Assembly (NCBI RefSeq): GCF_964355755.1
Contig: NC_092676.1
Span: forward strand, 15,518,871-15,582,870
DNA from: Antedon mediterranea
Taxonomy: Eukaryota > Animalia > Echinodermata
Length of the DNA: 64,000 bases
Direction: 5' to 3'
Position numbers and translations under genes: made by a program. The first letter of the stretch is position 1; the number at the start of each line of letters is the position of its first letter. Of this stretch, positions 29,801 through 43,824 are shown piece by piece. Below the pieces are notes generated by a model. The model saw only the letters and a program-made list of their open reading frames with translations, was not told where the DNA came from and did no database searches.

Positions 29801-32800
29801 TACAACACTTTTGCGCAGGATACAGCATCTTTGTGTAGGATACAACAAACGTGCGTCTACAGGATAAGCATTCTCGTGTAGGATCAGTGTCCTTGAATAC
29901 GATACAGAATCTTTGTGTAAGATACAGTATATTCTTGTAGGATACATCATCATCGTGTAGGACAGTTTCCTCGTGTAGGACACACTACTCTTGCGCATGA
30001 TGCAACATCGTCGTGTAGGATAAAGTATCCTTGTATGGAATAATCATCGTGTATGGATACCACACATCGTGTAGGATATAAAGTCTCCTTGTTTAGAATA
30101 CAGTACTCTTGCATAGAATACCGCATCATCGTGTATGGATACCACATCGTGTAGGATATAAAGTCTCCTTGCTTAGAATACAGCACTCTTGCATTGAATA
30201 CCGCATCATCGTGTAGGATACCACATCGTGTAGGATATAAAGTCTCCTTGTTTAGAATACAGTACTCTTGCATAGAATACCGCATCATCGTGTAGGATAC
30301 CACATCGTGTAGGATATAAAGTCTCCTTGTTTAGAATACAGTACTCTTGCATAGAATACCGCATCATCGTGTAGGATACCACATCGTGTAGGATATAAAG
30401 TCTCCTTGCTTAGAATACAGTACTCTTGCATAGAATACCGCATCATCGTGTATGGATACCACATCGTGTAAGGTATAAAGTCTCCTTGCTTAGAATACAG
30501 TACTCTTGCATAGAATACTGCATCATCGTGTATGGATACCACATCGTGTAAGGTATAAAGTCTCCTTGCTTAGAATACAGCACTCTTGCATAGAATACCG
30601 CATCATCGTGTATGGATACCACATCGTGTAAAGATATAAAGTCTCCTTGCTTAGAATACAGCACTCTTGCATAGAATACCGCATCATCGTGTAGGATACC
30701 ACATCGTGTAGGATATAAAGTATCCTTGTTTAGAATACAGCACTCTTGCATAGAATACCGCATCATCGTGTAGGATACCACATCGTGTAGGATATAAAGT
30801 CTCCTTGTTTAGAATAAAGTACTCTTGCATAGAATACCGCATCATCGTGTATGGATACCACATCGTGTAGGATATAAAGCCTTCTTGTTTAGAATACAGT
30901 ACTCTTGCATAGAATAACGCATCATCGTGTAGGATACCACATCGTGTAGGATATAAAGTCTTCTTGTTTAGAATACAGCACTCTTGCATAGAATACCGCA
31001 TCATCGTGTAGGATACCACATCGTGTAGGATATAAAGTCTCCTTGTTTAGAATACAGCACTCTTGCATAGAATACCGCATCATCGTGTAGGATACCACAT
31101 CGTGTAGGATATAAAGTCTCCTTGTTTAGAATACAGCACTCTTGCATAGAATACCGCATCATCGTGTAGGATACCACATCGTGTAGGATATAAAGTCTTC
31201 TTGTTTAGAATACAGCACTCTTGCATAGAATACCGCATCATCGTGTAGGATACCACATCGTGTAGGATATAAAGTCTGCTTGTTTAGAATACAGCACTCT
31301 TGCATAGAATACCGCATCATCGTGTAGGATACCACATCGTGAAGGATATAAAGTCTGCTTGTTTAGAATACAGTACTCTTGCATAGAATACCGCATCATC
31401 GTGTAGGATACCACATCGTGTAGGATATAAAGTATCCTTGTTTAGAATACAGCACTCTTGCATAGAATACTGCATCATCGTGTAGGATACCACATCGTGT
31501 AGGATATAAAGTCTCCTTGTTTAGAATACAGCACTCTTGCATAGAATACCGCATCATCGTGTATGGATACCACATCGTGTAGGATATAAAGTCTCCTTGC
31601 TTAGAATACAGCACTCTTGCATAGAATACCGCATCATCGTGTAGGATACCACATCGTGTAGGATATAAAGTATCCTTGTTTAGAATACAGCACTCTTGCA
31701 TAGAATACCGCATCATCGTGTAGGATACCACATCGTGTAGGATATAAAGTCTCCTTGCTTAGAATACAGCACTCTTGCATAGAATACTGCATCATCGTGT
31801 AGGATACCACATCGTGTAGGATATAAAGTCTTCTTGTTTAGAATACAGTACTCTTGCATAGAATACCGCATCATCGTGTATGGATACCACATCGTGTAGG
31901 ATATAAAGTCTCCTTGTTTAGAATACAGCACTCTTGCATAGAATACCGCATCATCGTGTATGGATACCACATCGTGTAGGATATAAAGTCTCCTTGTTTA
32001 GAATACAGCACTCTTGCATAGAATACCGCATCATCGTGTAGGATACCACATCGTGTAGGATATAAAGTCTTCTTGTTTAGAATACAGCACTCTTGCATAG
32101 AATACTGCATCATCGTGTATGGATACCACATCGTGTAGGATATAAAGTCTCTTTGTTTAGAATACAGCACTCTTGCATAGAATACTGCATCATCGTTTAT
32201 GGATACCACATCGTGTAGGATATAAAGTATCCTTGCTTAGAATACAGCACTCTTGCATAGAATACCGCATCATCGTGTAGGATACCACATCGTGTAGGAT
32301 ATAAAGTCTCCTTGTTTAGAATACAGCACTCTTGCATAGAATACCGCATCATCGTGTATGGATACCACATCGTGTAGGATATAAAGTCTCCTTGTTTAGA
32401 ATACAGCACTCTTGCATAGAATACCGCATCATCGTGTATGGATACCACATCGTGTAGGATATAAAGTCTCCTTGTTTAGAATACAGCACTCTTGCATAGA
32501 ATACCGCATCATCGTGTATGGATACCACATCGTGTAGGATATAAAGTCTCCTTGTTTAGAATACAGCACTCTTGCATAGAATACCGCATCATCGTGTATG
32601 GATACCACATCGTGTAGGATATAAAGTCTCCTTGTTTAGAATACAGCACTCTTGCATAGAATACTGCATCATCGTGTAGGATACCACATCGTGTAGGATA
32701 TAAAGTCTTCTTGTTTAGAATACAGCACTCTTGCATAGAATACCGCATCATCGTGTAGGATACCACATCGTGTAGGATATAAAGTCTCCTTGTTTAGAAT

Positions 32801-35800
32801 ACAGCACTCTTGCATAGAATACTGCATCATCGTGTAGGATACCACATCGTGTAGGATATAAAGTCTCCTTGTTTAGAATACAGCACTCTTGCATAGAATA
32901 CTGCATCATCGTGTAGGATACCACATCGTGTAGGATATAAAGTCTCCTTGTTTAGAATACAGCACTCTTGCATAGAATACTGCATCATCGTGTAGGATAC
33001 CACATCGTGTAGGATATAAAGCCTTCTTGTTTAGAATACAGCACTCTTGCATAGAATACCGCATCATCGTGTAGGATACCACATCGTGTAGGATATAAAG
33101 TCTTCTTGTTTAGAATACAGCACTCTTGCATAGAATACCGCATCATCGTGTATGGATACCACATCGTGTAGGATATAAAGCCTTCTTGTTTAGAATACAG
33201 CACTCTTGCATAGAATACCGCATCATCGTGTAGGATACCACATCGTGTAGGATATAAAGTATCCTTGTTTAGAATACAGCACTCTTGCATAGAATACCGC
33301 ATCATCGTGTAGGATACCACATCGTGTAGGATATAAAGTCTTCTTGTTTAGAATACAGCACTCTTGCATAGAATACCGCATCATCGTGTAGGATACCACA
33401 TCGTGTAGGATATAAAGTCTTCTTGTTTAGAATACAGCACTCTTGCATAGAATACCGCATCATCGTGTAGGATACCACATCGTGTAGGATATAAAGTATC
33501 CTTGTTTAGAATACAGCACTCTTGCATAGAATACTGCATCATCGTGTAGGATACCACATCGTGTAGGATATAAAGTATCCTTGTTTAGAATACAGCACTC
33601 TTGCATAGAATACCGCATCATCGTTTATGGATACCACATCATGTAGGATATAAAGTATCCTTGTTTAGAATACAGCACTCTTGCATAGAATACCGCATCA
33701 TCGTGTAGGATACCACATCGTGTAGGATATAAAGTCTTCTTGTTTAGAATACAGCACTCTTGCATAGAATACTGCATCATCGTGTATGGATACCACATCG
33801 TGTAGGATATAAAGTCTCTTTGTTTAGAATACAGCACTCTTGCATAGAATACTGCATCATCGTGTAGGATACCACATCGTAAAGGATATAAAGTATCCTT
33901 GTTTAGAATACAGCACTCTTGCATAGAATACCGCATCATCGTGTAGGATACCACATCGTGTAGGATATAAAGTCTCCTTGTTTAGAATACAGCACTCTTG
34001 CATAGAATACCGCATCATCGTGTATGGATACCACATCGTGTAGGATATAAAGTCTCCTTGTTTAGAATACAGCACTCTTGCATAGAATACCGCATCATCG
34101 TGTATGGATACCACATCGTGTAGGATATAAAGTCTCCTTGTTTAGAATACAGCACTCTTGCATAGAATACCGCATCATCGTGTATGGATACCACATCGTG
34201 TAGGATATAAAGTCTCCTTGTTTAGAATACAGCACTCTTGCATAGAATACCGCATCATCGTGTATGGATACCACATCGTGTAGGATATAAAGTCTCCTTG
34301 TTTAGAATACAGCACTCTTGCATAGAATACTGCATCATCGTGTAGGATACCACATCGTGTAGGATATAAAGTCTTCTTGTTTAGAATACAGCACTCTTGC
34401 ATAGAATACCGCATCATCGTGTAGGATACCACATCGTGTAGGATATAAAGTCTCCTTGTTTAGAATACAGCACTCTTGCATAGAATACTGCATCATCGTG
34501 TAGGATACCACATCGTGTAGGATATAAAGTCTCCTTGTTTAGAATACAGCACTCTTGCATAGAATACTGCATCATCGTGTAGGATACCACATCGTGTAGG
34601 ATATAAAGTCTCCTTGTTTAGAATACAGCACTCTTGCATAGAATACTGCATCATCGTGTAGGATACCACATCGTGTAGGATATAAAGCCTTCTTGTTTAG
34701 AATACAGCACTCTTGCATAGAATACCGCATCATCGTGTAGGATACCACATCGTGTAGGATATAAAGTCTTCTTGTTTAGAATACAGCACTCTTGCATAGA
34801 ATACCGCATCATCGTGTATGGATACCACATCGTGTAGGATATAAAGCCTTCTTGTTTAGAATACAGCACTCTTGCATAGAATACCGCATCATCGTGTAGG
34901 ATACCACATCGTGTAGGATATAAAGTATCCTTGTTTAGAATACAGCACTCTTGCATAGAATACCGCATCATCGTGTAGGATACCACATCGTGTAGGATAT
35001 AAAGTCTTCTTGTTTAGAATACAGCACTCTTGCATAGAATACCGCATCATCGTGTAGGATACCACATCGTGTAGGATATAAAGTCTTCTTGTTTAGAATA
35101 CAGCACTCTTGCATAGAATACCGCATCATCGTGTAGGATACCACATCGTGTAGGATATAAAGTATCCTTGTTTAGAATACAGCACTCTTGCATAGAATAC
35201 TGCATCATCGTGTAGGATACCACATCGTGTAGGATATAAAGTATCCTTGTTTAGAATACAGCACTCTTGCATAGAATACCGCATCATCGTTTATGGATAC
35301 CACATCATGTAGGATATAAAGTATCCTTGTTTAGAATACAGCACTCTTGCATAGAATACCGCATCATCGTGTAGGATACCACATCGTGTAGGATATAAAG
35401 TCTCCTTGTTTAGAATACAGTACTCTTGCATAGAATACCGCATCATCGTGTAGGATACCACATCGTGTAGGATATAAAGTATCCTTGTTTAGAATACAGC
35501 ACTCTTGCATAGAATACCGCATCATCGTGTAGGATACCACATCGTAAAGGATATAAAGTATCCTTGTTTAGAATACAGCACTCTTGCATAGAATACCGCA
35601 TCATCGTGTAGGATACCACATCGTGTAGGATATAAAGTCTTCTTGTTTAGAATACAGCACTCTTGCATAGAATACCGCATCATCGTGTATGGATACCACA
35701 TCGTGTAGGATATAAAGTCTCCTTGCTTAGAATACAGCACTCTTGCATAGAATACTGCATCATCGTGTAGGATACCACATCGTGTAGGATATAAAGTATC

Positions 35801-37860
35801 CTTGCTTAGAATACAGCACTCTTGCATAGAATACTGCATCATCGTGTAGGATACCACATCGTGTAGGATATAAAGTCTCCTTGCTTAGAATACAGCACTC
35901 TTGCATAGAATATCGCATCATCGTGTAGGATACCACATCGTGTAGGATATAAAGTATCCTTGTTTAGAATACAGCACTCTTGCATAGAATACCGCATCAT
36001 CGTTTATGGATACCACATCGTGTAGGATATAAAGTCTCCTTGCTTAGAATACAGCACTCTTGCATAGAATACCGCATCATCGTGTAGGATACCACATCGT
36101 GTAGGATATAAAGTATCCTTGTTTAGAATACAGCACTCTTGCATAGAATACCGCATCATCGTTTATGGATACCACATCGTGTAGGATATAAAGTATCCTT
36201 GTTTAGAATACAGTACTCTTGCATAGAATACCGCATCATCGTGTATGGATACCACATCGTGTAGGATATAAAGTATCCTTGTTTAGAATACAGCACTCTT
36301 GCATAGAATACCGCATCATCGTGTAGGATACCACATCGTAAAGGATATAAAGTATCCTTGTTTAGAATACAGCACTCTTGCATAGAATACCGCATCATCG
36401 TGTAGGATACCACATCGTGTAGGATATAAAGTCTTCTTGTTTAGAATACAGCACTCTTGCATAGAATACCGCATCATCGTGTATGGATACCACATCGTGT
36501 AGGATATAAAGTCTCCTTGCTTAGAATACAGCACTCTTGCATAGAATACCGCATCATCGTGTAGGATACCACATCGTGTAGGATATAAAGTATCCTTGCT
36601 TAGAATACAGCACTCTTGCATAGAATACTGCATCATCGTGTAGGATACCACATCGTGTAGGATATAAAGTCTCCTTGTTTAGAATACAGCACTCTTGCAT
36701 AGAATACCGCATCATCGTGTAGGATACCACATCGTGTAGGATATAAAGTCTCCTTGCTTAGAATACAGCACTCTTGCATAGAATACCGCATCATCGTGTA
36801 TGGATACCACATCGTGTAGGATATAAAGTATCCTTGCTTAGAATACAGCACTCTTGCATAGAATACTGCATCATCGTGTAGGATACCACATCGTGTAGGA
36901 TATAAAGTCTTCTTGTTAAGAATACAGTACTCTTGCATAGAATACCGCATCATCGTGTAGGATACCACATCGTGTAGGATATAAAGTCTCCTTGCTTAGA
37001 ATACAGCACTCTTGCATAGAATACCGCATCATCGTGTATGGATACCACATCGTGTAGGATATAAAGTCTCCTTGCTTAGAATACAGCACTCTTGCATAGA
37101 ATACCGCATCATCGTGTAGGATACCACATCGTGTAGGATATAAAGTCTCCTTGCTTAGAATACAGCACTCTTGCATAGAATACCGCATCATCGTGTAGGA
37201 TACCACATCGTGTAGGATATAAAGTATCCTTGCTTAGAATACAGCACTCTTGCATAGAATACCGCATCATCGTGTAGGATACCACATCGTGTAGGATATA
37301 AAGTCTCCTTGCTTAGAATACAGCACTCTTGCATAGAATACCGCATCATCGTGTATGGATACCACATCGTGTAGGATATAAAGTATCCTTGCTTAGAATA
37401 CAGCACTCTTGCATAGAATACTGCATCATCGTGTAGGATACCACATCGTGTAGGATATAAAGTATCCTTGCTTAGAATACAGCACTCTTGCATAGAATAC
37501 CGCATCATCGTGTAGGATACCACATCGTGTAGGATATAAAGTCTCCTTGCTTAGAATACAGCACTCTTGCATAGAATACCGCATCATCGTGTAGGATACC
37601 ACATCGTGTAGGATATAAAGTCTCCTTGCTTAGAATACAGCACTCTTGCATAGAATACAGCATCTCCGTGTAGGATACAGCATCTCCGTGTAGGATACAG
37701 CATCATCGTGTAGGATACAGCATCTCCGTGTAGGATACAGCATCTCCGTGTAGGATACAGCATCTCCGTGTAGGATACAGCATCTCCGTGTAGGATACAG
37801 CATCTCCGTGTAGGATACAGCATCTCCGTGTAGGATACAGCATCTCCGTGTAGGATACAA
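29801..37860. repeat. Satellite array of about 8 kb: about 96 copies of a 79/80-bp unit (about 30043-37660) flanked by 20-bp monomers
   Basis: Unit CATCATCGTGTA(T)GGATACCACATCGTGTAGGATATAAAGTCTCCTTGTTTAGAATACAGCACTCTTGCATAGAATACCG. Right flank (CATCTCCGTGTAGGATACAG)10 at 37661-37860; degenerate 20-mers at 29801-30042. Confidence 0.98.
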
Positions 37861-38907
37861 CTTTCACTATGTTCACCAACATGTTAATGCTTTTTAAATT
37901 GTCGATCTCTAACGCAAAGTCATCAAATTATGAATTATTACTTTATGAAAATTAAAAAATAATTTATGATTACATAAATACAAGGTTAAAAAATTAATAT
38001 ATTTTGAAAATGAATGAATGCTGTACGTTTACTATTGTTTTAATGTGTACTCTTGTCAATAGATGGGTCTATACGTTGGTGGCATATGTACGGTGTTAGC
38101 GACATATCAGGAAATCTTATTATGTTTTTTCTGTTGACGTGTTTTGTATCATATCTTCAACATTTTAACAATCATTGATTGCACGTTGATAAGGCCATGG
38201 GCAAAAATGAATCAAAAAGCATTGAATGGTTAAATTCAAGATGAAATAACATCAATTGACCAAATTAACAGTCACAAAAAGTTTATGCTTAGATTATTGA
38301 AGTGAATAGAAATGGGTATTAACGTAGCTGCATTTTAAACGTCTCGATTGAAAAAATGACCCGCAATCAATAATGAATTCACACAAAACAGTAATTTAAT
38401 ATGCAAATATTTCAGTTATGCATTTCAGTTCAATTTATTTCCAAGGTTTGTCGATATATTTGAAGACATTTTATGTAAAGACATTATTTTTATAGCTCAT
38501 AAACCAAATTTATTTATTAAACCAAGGAAGAGTGAAATTATTCACTATTATGATTAAACCGAAGCCATTAGGATGTTATAATTCACGAAAGGTATGTAAG
38601 TTGAATCATGTGTTATTGAACATGTTTGTCAATATGTTTTGTGACAGATTTTAAGGAGATATAATATTTGTATTCCAATCCAAACCAATGATACTGACCG
38701 TCCAAAAGGTCACTAAATTTAAAGACTTCTGGCCTTATTCACACTAAAAAAGGTATAGGCCTAACATTAGGAAATGTTAGGGTTACGTTACTTTTGAGTT
38801 GTATTTTTTCAGCATCTTTTGATTATAATTGATGTGATATTTATAACATAGACTTGGACTTTAAATGTATAGCTAACTTGGACATTGAAACAAACAACTA
38901 TTTGAAC

Positions 38908-39318
38908 TAGGTGTATTATTTGGACTACTACTGACCGATGACAACAACAGATAAATGTTAGGTGTAATTATTTGGACTACTACTGACCGATGACAACAAC
39001 AGATAAATGTTAGGTGTATTATTTGGACTCCTACTGACCGATGACAACAACAGATAAATGTTAGGTGTATTATTTGGACTCCTACTGACCGATGACAACA
39101 ACAGATAAATGTTAGGTGTATTATTTGGACTCCTACTGACCGATGACAACAACAGATAAATGTTAGGTGTATTATTTGGACTCCTACTGACCGATGACAA
39201 CAATAGATAAATGTTAGGTGTATTATTTGGACTCCTACTGACCGATGACAACAACAGATAAATGTTAGGTGTATTATTTGGACTCCTACTGACCGATGAC
39301 AACAACAGATAAATGTTA
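38908..39318. repeat. 51-bp tandem repeat, 8 copies
   Basis: (TAGGTGTATTATTTGGACTCCTACTGACCGATGACAACAACAGATAAATGT)8. Confidence 0.97.
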
Positions 39319-39457
39319 TTGGAATAGCATTATACATTATTGATTCGGGAGTATTTTTGTAGGCCAATAGTTTTTGATAAAACATAAAATTAAACTTAAT
39401 TTATTTAAAAACATTATGCAATTATGATCACAAATAATGAATGGCGTTCTCTAAGTA

Positions 39458-39834
39458 AACAAGAATATTTCTTACAAAAAACGCTGCTCGCTTATTGTTA
39501 TTGCTAAGGCCAAATCTGGGGGTCACTTCATCACGCCTAGATACTTCAAGTATCCTATTACAAACAAAAACTGTTTTGATAATAATTCAATGATTATCTG
39601 ACAGCGAATTATACTAATATCATGGGACTCATAAATACCAGAAATGCTTTGGGATTTGTCGTTAGACTCTTTTCCCAGCCGTTTTTTGGATTCAACAGGT
39701 GGTACCTATAAATTATAGTAGAGTTTCCATTTTAACAAAAATGTCAAAGTGTAGTACTATAACTGCTGCTTGATTTCATCTAATAAATGAGTCATCTCGT
39801 GTGACGTAGCGGGCTAGAGCAGCAGCGTGAAAAT
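39458..39834 (-). mobile_element. Helentron-like non-autonomous element, family B, copy 1
   Basis: Shares ends AACAAGAATATTTCTTACAAAAAACGC(T/C)GCTC ... GCTAGAGCAGC(A/G)GCG and about 170 bp of internal similarity with 52868-53471. Confidence 0.65.
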
Positions 39835-39874
39835 ATACATGAAATTTTATTATTATACATATTATTATTATTTG

Positions 39875-40700
39875 ATAAATAATGTTTTAACCCATTTTCA
39901 ACATTTTTTTTTTTCAAATTTTGGTCGGTTGGTCAGTCGTCCGGTCGGTAAACACTAACTTGAGCACGCGACTGAAGCCATGTATATGGCCTTGTTAGTT
40001 ATTTTGACACTGGATACTAGTACTTGGAGGCAAATATAAATGTTTTAAACAATATTGTTCAACATTTTTTTACATTTTTAGCAATTTCGGTCGGTTGGTC
40101 AGTCGGTAAACACTAACTCATAGGCCTATTCATATTTTTTTTCGTTATTTTGACACTGGATATTAATACTTGGAGGCAAATATAAATGTTTTAAAACATT
40201 TTCCAACATTTTTTAAACATTTACAGTTGGTCGGTCGGTAAACACTAACTCATATTCATATTTTCTTTATTTTTACAGTTATATATACCTGGAGGCAAAT
40301 ATAAATGTTTTAAAACAATTTTCAACATTTTAAAAAATGTTCAAAATTTTGGTCGGTTGGTCAGTCGGTTTGTCGGTCGGTAAACACTAACTTGAGCACG
40401 CGACTGAAGCCATGTATATGGCCTTGTTTGATTTTTTGACACTGGATACTAGTTCTTCGAGGCAAATATAAATGTTTTAAACAATTTTTCAACATTTCTT
40501 TTACATTTTCAGCAATTTCGGTCAGTTGGTCAGTCGGTAAACACTAACTCATATTCATATTTTTTCGTTATTTTGACACTGGATATTAATACTTGGAGGC
40601 AAATATAAATGTTTTTAAAAATGTTTTAACATTTTCAGTAATTTTGGTCGGTTGGTCGGTCGGTCGGTAGGTCAGTAAACACTAACTCAAATTTGCGCCT
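39875..40700 (+). repeat. Degenerate tandem array (about 130-160 bp units, 6 copies) containing HINE family A 3' halves
   Basis: Six GTAAACACTAACT motifs, each preceded by GGTC-type repeats and separated by TTGACACTGGATA..GGAGGCAAATATAAATGTTTT. Confidence 0.85.
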
Positions 40701-41839
40701 TGATATTTTTGGATATTAAAAACACTTTATCAGTATTGTGGAATCCCCAATACACTGATGAGTCCAATCGTTGCTTCGTGTACTGGACTGGCCGCGCCGA
40801 CTGGTATGGTTGAACGTCAATTCTATCAACGTCACTCTCTATAACCCACATCTCTTCTCCCCGACCTTACTCTCTTTCTCCTCCCTCCGCCCACATACAA
40901 CAGAAGGTTTTACATTGACTGACGGTAAAATTAACTAAATTTAATCTCCCATTTTTTCAATTGAAAATTAATACAGTTACGGTTTTTTTTAAATTATTAA
41001 TTAGGCCTAGTAATGACTTTTGTGATCTTATTTTATTACTAGAATAAAGTGCTTATCCTTGCGTGAGGATAGACCTACATTTTATGTACGGATATATATA
41101 CGATCATTTTGACCAAGTTTAAAAAGATAATTTGAATATTATAACTGCAATTTGCGAATGTGAATGTTCAGTAAGTATTTGTTTTGAAGTCTCTGTAAAC
41201 TTGTATTCTTTTGCGAATGTGATTAAATTGTGAAACACATTAGTTAGCCTTATTAGTACAATTAACATAATAAGTTTCCCAGAGTCGGCTTATTTGTGAA
41301 ATTAATTCATCCACGAAATTTGTTTTTATAATAGATCGTTTGTTTCTAAACGTGATATTAGAAATTATCAGCTAATGGTCTGTAAATAAATATCAAATTC
41401 CGCGAAGTGCCGTTGGGCTTCTCGACTTAAAACCTGACATATAATACATAATCTAATGCAAAAATACTCTATTTGATAAATCATTATCGATTTTTTTTCC
41501 GTACACAAACATCTATGCATTACAGTTTCTGAAAATTGCTTCTTAATTGGCACGTGACGTCATCTTATGAATTATCACGCAAGCCCTTTAAGGTATTTTC
41601 TTGGGTAGGCCTCACAACATGAGTAACAAAATCACAGGTACGATTGTAAGTAAAATGACTTTCGGAAAATTGATGATCGTTTTTATTTAATATTTATTTA
41701 TTCTATGCCTTGAGATATGAAGTATATCAAATACGCCGTTAACACTGTAACAATAATATTATATGAATTCATTTTATATGATGAATAAGAATAGTTAATT
41801 TTTTAATCAATGTTTAAACAGTGCACAATGGACCTATTG

Positions 41840-42176
41840 ATATCAACCGACTTAAAGTTTGTTATAATGATGCTTTCCGGACAACCCACCTTTGTTAGTG
41901 CGAGGAATTTGTTTGTGGAAAACAATATTCCATCATTTTATGAATATTTGAGGATTTCGACTTACCGATTTCTTACAAGAATAATGAAAAGCGAAAACAG
42001 AATGTTAATTTGTATATATAAATATTTGTTGATGGATTCAAACATGTACTACAAATGGAGAGAGGCATTGTATACCAATAAATAAAAGTTTTGGTCCTCT
42101 TTCCTTCATCTTTTTTTTTGTAATGTATTATACCATATGGACAATTGTCTAAAATAAAAGTTGAATTGAATTGAAT
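41840..42176 (+). mobile_element. 5'-truncated non-LTR retrotransposon 3' end (RTE-X-like, inferred)
   Basis: Frames INRLKVCYNDAFR and GQPTFVSARNLFVENNIPSFYEYLR...KWREALY resemble LINE ORF2 C-termini; followed by AATAAA and a (TTGAA)3 tail. Confidence 0.7.
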
Positions 42177-43777
42177 ATTGTAATGAAGCCTTAATCCCGA
42201 AAATATATTTTGATATAATGGGCCTTTAAAATGGTTCCTAATTACAGTATACCTGAAACATCAATCCGAATGTTCCTCAACAGGAGTGTTTGAGTTCATT
42301 GTTAATTGCTTATTAAATAGAGGAACTTTCAACGAAAACAAGATCAATGGCGGTTCTCGTTGAACAGAAAGCTCCACCTGTAAACGTCGCGAGTTGCTCA
42401 TGTATGACCAATTCTTAATTTACATCTTGATCTCAACTCCACCTCCCTCTACATTCACCAGCGAGTTAAAATCTGAAATTGAGATTAAAATCGACCAACG
42501 CCAACGCATTCTGCTTTCCGTAATATTGAAATCTTCATACGCTTCGATTTAACGCATCGCTTTCGCGTTTGTTCAAAATGTTCATCGACGTTATAATTTT
42601 TGTTAGAGCTATGGCACCGGTGTATGGCATGGCTCTGATCATTGATGAGCACTGGATCCAAGAAACACAATTTTGATGACACATGGTTTTTGTACTGGCG
42701 CGTCATGCTTTCCGCTTGATTGTGTAATGATTAGTTAGATATTTTTTCAAGACGGTGTTCTCAAGGATCAGAATCTATTAGTATTAGAAAACTCGTGACT
42801 TTTGCACTTACAATTGCTATTTTACTAGTTACGTATAATAAATAATCTATCATGAATTGTGCTAGAGGATTCAAGTACCTTGCTTAGGATTAAGATTCAG
42901 CATAATGTTAGCCCTAAGCTTACTCATGTTAATTCATGTTGACTTTTAAGGCTTTTACTTATTGACTTGAATTAATTTTAAAAGCTGTGGCATTTGTTCA
43001 TAATGTATTCGTTTATTCATCTATCAATTTAACATTCAATGAGTAAACGTTTAATATTGTTAAGTACACCGCGAAGCAACTCAGCAATTAGAAATTGAAT
43101 TAAATGTAGCAAAGTTTGTAAAACGAAAATGGTATAGGCCTTTACCTGTACCACCATCATTCATTTAGTTTTTTTCAGGGCACTCAATATTGTAGAGGTG
43201 GCCTAGTGTTGTTAAACTGTACTCATGTATAAACAGTGCTTATCGATTATTTCCATATTCATGCAAACAAAATTATAAACTGTAAGCGGTAGTAATTATT
43301 ATTTTAAGTAGAATTGTGATTGAATTTTATTATATACTTTAGGTTAATAACGGGTTGCATCCTTAGTGAATTCAATATGCGTGTCTTTCATAGTTCAGCA
43401 CGTCATTAGGTTCTAGATTTATTTTCTCATTTTCATCCGATACCAGTTTGATGAATTACATGTTAATTACATTAATAGCGACAAGTAGAGGGAGATTTGG
43501 GAATATATGAATAGTTCATAATGATATTCCAACAGTGCATAAACTTAACAATAACCGTATACTCCCCGGCGGAATATCATTTGTAGGCGCGGCAGGCTAA
43601 TCTATCGGATTAGTGGCATACCGGAATAAAGCCTGTCACATATTCAAATCCTGTCATTCCGCGAATGAAAATATTTCTAGATACACTGTATCTGATAATC
43701 TGATTTTTTTTCTATTTGCCTTTCTTGGAATTTTATTGCGAATTTAAATTATTATTTAATTAAACTGAATTTGGGTT

Positions 43778-43780
<3 letters not shown>

Positions 43781-43823
<43 letters not shown>
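43781..43823. repeat. (TAA)n microsatellite, probably the tail of a decayed - strand LINE extending to about 44570
   Basis: About 14 ATA units; the - strand reads AATAAA followed by (TTA)n. Confidence 0.8.

Positions 43824-43824
<1 letters not shown>

Noticed and set aside
29768-37860. Dozens of - strand ORFs (MVSYTMMRYSMQECC...)
   Set aside because: They are translations of the 79/80-bp satellite. The unit is not a multiple of 3, frames shift with the 79/80 indel, and there are no splice or codon signals.
38873-39385. 170-aa Cys-rich ORF (FICCCHRSVGVQIIHLT repeats)
   Set aside because: It is a translation of the 51-bp minisatellite, and a 1-bp indel in one unit shifts the frame.
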